Shown here: in pieces, positions 62,276 through 64,000 of the stretch
Numbering within the stretch: the first letter of the stretch is position 1
How the letters are laid out: each line of letters opens with the position of its first letter
Assembly: GCA_950097015.1 (NCBI GenBank)
Contig: CATNEN010000007.1
Location: 11,842,001 to 11,906,000, forward strand
Reading direction: 5' to 3'
DNA: 64,000 bases
From: Macrostomum hystrix
Taxonomy: Eukaryota > Animalia > Platyhelminthes
Notes under the pieces: model-generated
Databases searched by the model: none
What the model saw: the letters and a program-made list of their open reading frames with translations, nothing else
What the model was told of the DNA's origin: nothing
Position numbers and translations under genes: made by a program

Positions 62276-64000
62276 GCCAGTTGCAGCAGACCCGGCTGAA
62301 AGGCGTCGGCGTCGGTTGGCATGTGGCACAATGTGTAGGCTTTGCTGGCAGTCTGGCCTCATCATGTTTAACTGTGAGCACTGCTAAGTCTAGCCCATTT
62401 CTCAGGTTGCTTCCCACGGGTTTGACAAAAGACTCAATTGCTGCTAACTTAAACTACCAGGTCAGCACTGTTATCACTTACTCAAACAGACATGCAGCCT
62501 TTCTAACCCTAGGACTTCCTTAGAGATGCTGATTGGCTATGAGCAAACTGACCAATCGATTTATCACAATGTTAATAATGTTAATGGCCAAGTAAATTGT
62601 CAATTCAACAAAAATATTGATCTATTAATACATTGCTGTGACGATTCTGGTGATTGAATTAAATTAGATTAACTAATTAACTATAATTATTAAAAAATGT
62701 GAACAAGTAAAATAACTAATATTAAATGGGTTCCCTTTACTGATAAAGGTTTGTCTGCTAGTTTATTTTATTTCAACCAAGAGGCCAAAAGTTCACTCCA
62801 AAAAACACACTGCAAAAAGAATAACAAATTAGAAGTTATTGTCCAATCCTAAAAATGTACTTACTAAGGCTTAGCTTGCAATAGGATCAAGATTCTAATT
62901 ATCTACCATGTGGATAGGCTTATCATTATTGGCTAAGTATGAAGTACTTAATGTACTTAATCAAGGCCTAGTATATTAATTAGGTTAGGTTATATTTAGA
63001 CAAACTTACATGAGGACAGGTTGGGTAGTATTGTCATTAGTTTTATTTTGCTAGTTTTATTTACACAATTATCTATTTATAATTTTTTTGTTAGAGAGTC
63101 TATAGGACAATACAAAACAATTTTTATAATAATGTAACCTTTTTTATAACCTGTAAATACATGAAAGATCCCATTTTATATGGACTGATAGCTTGGCCTA
63201 CACAAAGTAGCTTAGGCTTAAGTGCAAGTGGACAGGTGTTTTCAGTGAAGCAATATTGTTTTTAATGACAAAAGACATTTTACAGACAGCTTTATAAAAG
63301 AAAAACCAAGAGTGTGTCAAACAAATATTTAAAAAATCAAAGATTGTCAACAAAACAAAATGATTCAAGTTGTCACCAAAATAACTTTGGTCTGTGATCA
63401 TGGATGGAAACTATTGTCCATACAAAGTAGGCCTAGCTAAGTAGTCAGATAAGAATAGGCCTATAACAGTGAAGATATCAATACCAAGGTATAGCTTATT
63501 AGTAATAAATAGGATGGGATCATTCATACTTTTTTAAACTAGAAATTCACGTTTTGATCAAACTTATTGTAAAGTTTTTATAATTGCTATAAAAACTTTA
63601 TCTCTGCAATTATTGAACACTAGCTAGATACTGATATAACGCTGCACTACTACAAGCAGGACGAATTTATTCACTTGATTATTTTTCCAGCTTTTTCTCT
63701 TCTAATGGCGAATTTCGAGTACTAAACTCTTGCATGATTTATTATCACATTATTACCAATGCTTCAATGACCAATGAATGCCCACTTAAAAATTCAGTAA
63801 TATTGTAAGATTCAGATGAGCCTGTGTTCGAATTAGTAGTAGTAGCAGTAGCAGCAGCAGATATTAGGCGCAGTTAATTAAACCTTATAGGCCAATACTG
63901 ATTAACTTTATTATTGTTGAATGCTTATTAAGTTATTTTATAAGAAACACAGTAAACCGAGTTGGTGCATGGCCATGCATAGGTCTATTTTTTAATTGAA

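Overview
This is eukaryotic (animal) genomic DNA with GT-AG introns, GC3-rich exons, AT-rich gene starts and many locus-private minisatellites. The overall style suggests a free-living flatworm such as Macrostomum, but that is an inference and is not proven from the sequence. Genes in order: 3' part of lin-52 (+); a divergent calmodulin/centrin-like EF-hand gene (-); an intronless CLK/LAMMER kinase (-); tRNA-Arg(ACG) (+); MCCC1 (-); MROH1/HEATR7A (-); an unassigned neuropeptide-like precursor (-); a divergent beta-tubulin (-); a GIT ArfGAP (+); an RGG-rich RNF4-like RING ligase (+); and a small NPF/CaaX protein (-). Mobile DNA: a full-length DD34D mariner with TIRs and TA TSD, two decayed Ty3/Gypsy elements, three tRNA-derived CORE-type SINEs and several MITE-like elements. 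The most interesting signals are five. (i) A repeated, strand-oriented pattern of CpG-retaining promoter, then a CpG-free 1-2 kb zone, then a CpG-rich gene body, seen at four genes. It is absent from MCCC1 and the RING gene, which look like downstream members of trans-spliced operons (MROH1-MCCC1, GIT-RING). (ii) The RGG + acidic/SIM-like + RNF4-RING chimera. (iii) The orphan Cys-bridged W-G peptide precursor. (iv) A tight AP-1 motif cluster. (v) Intron-confined private minisatellites. Exon boundaries were read by eye.
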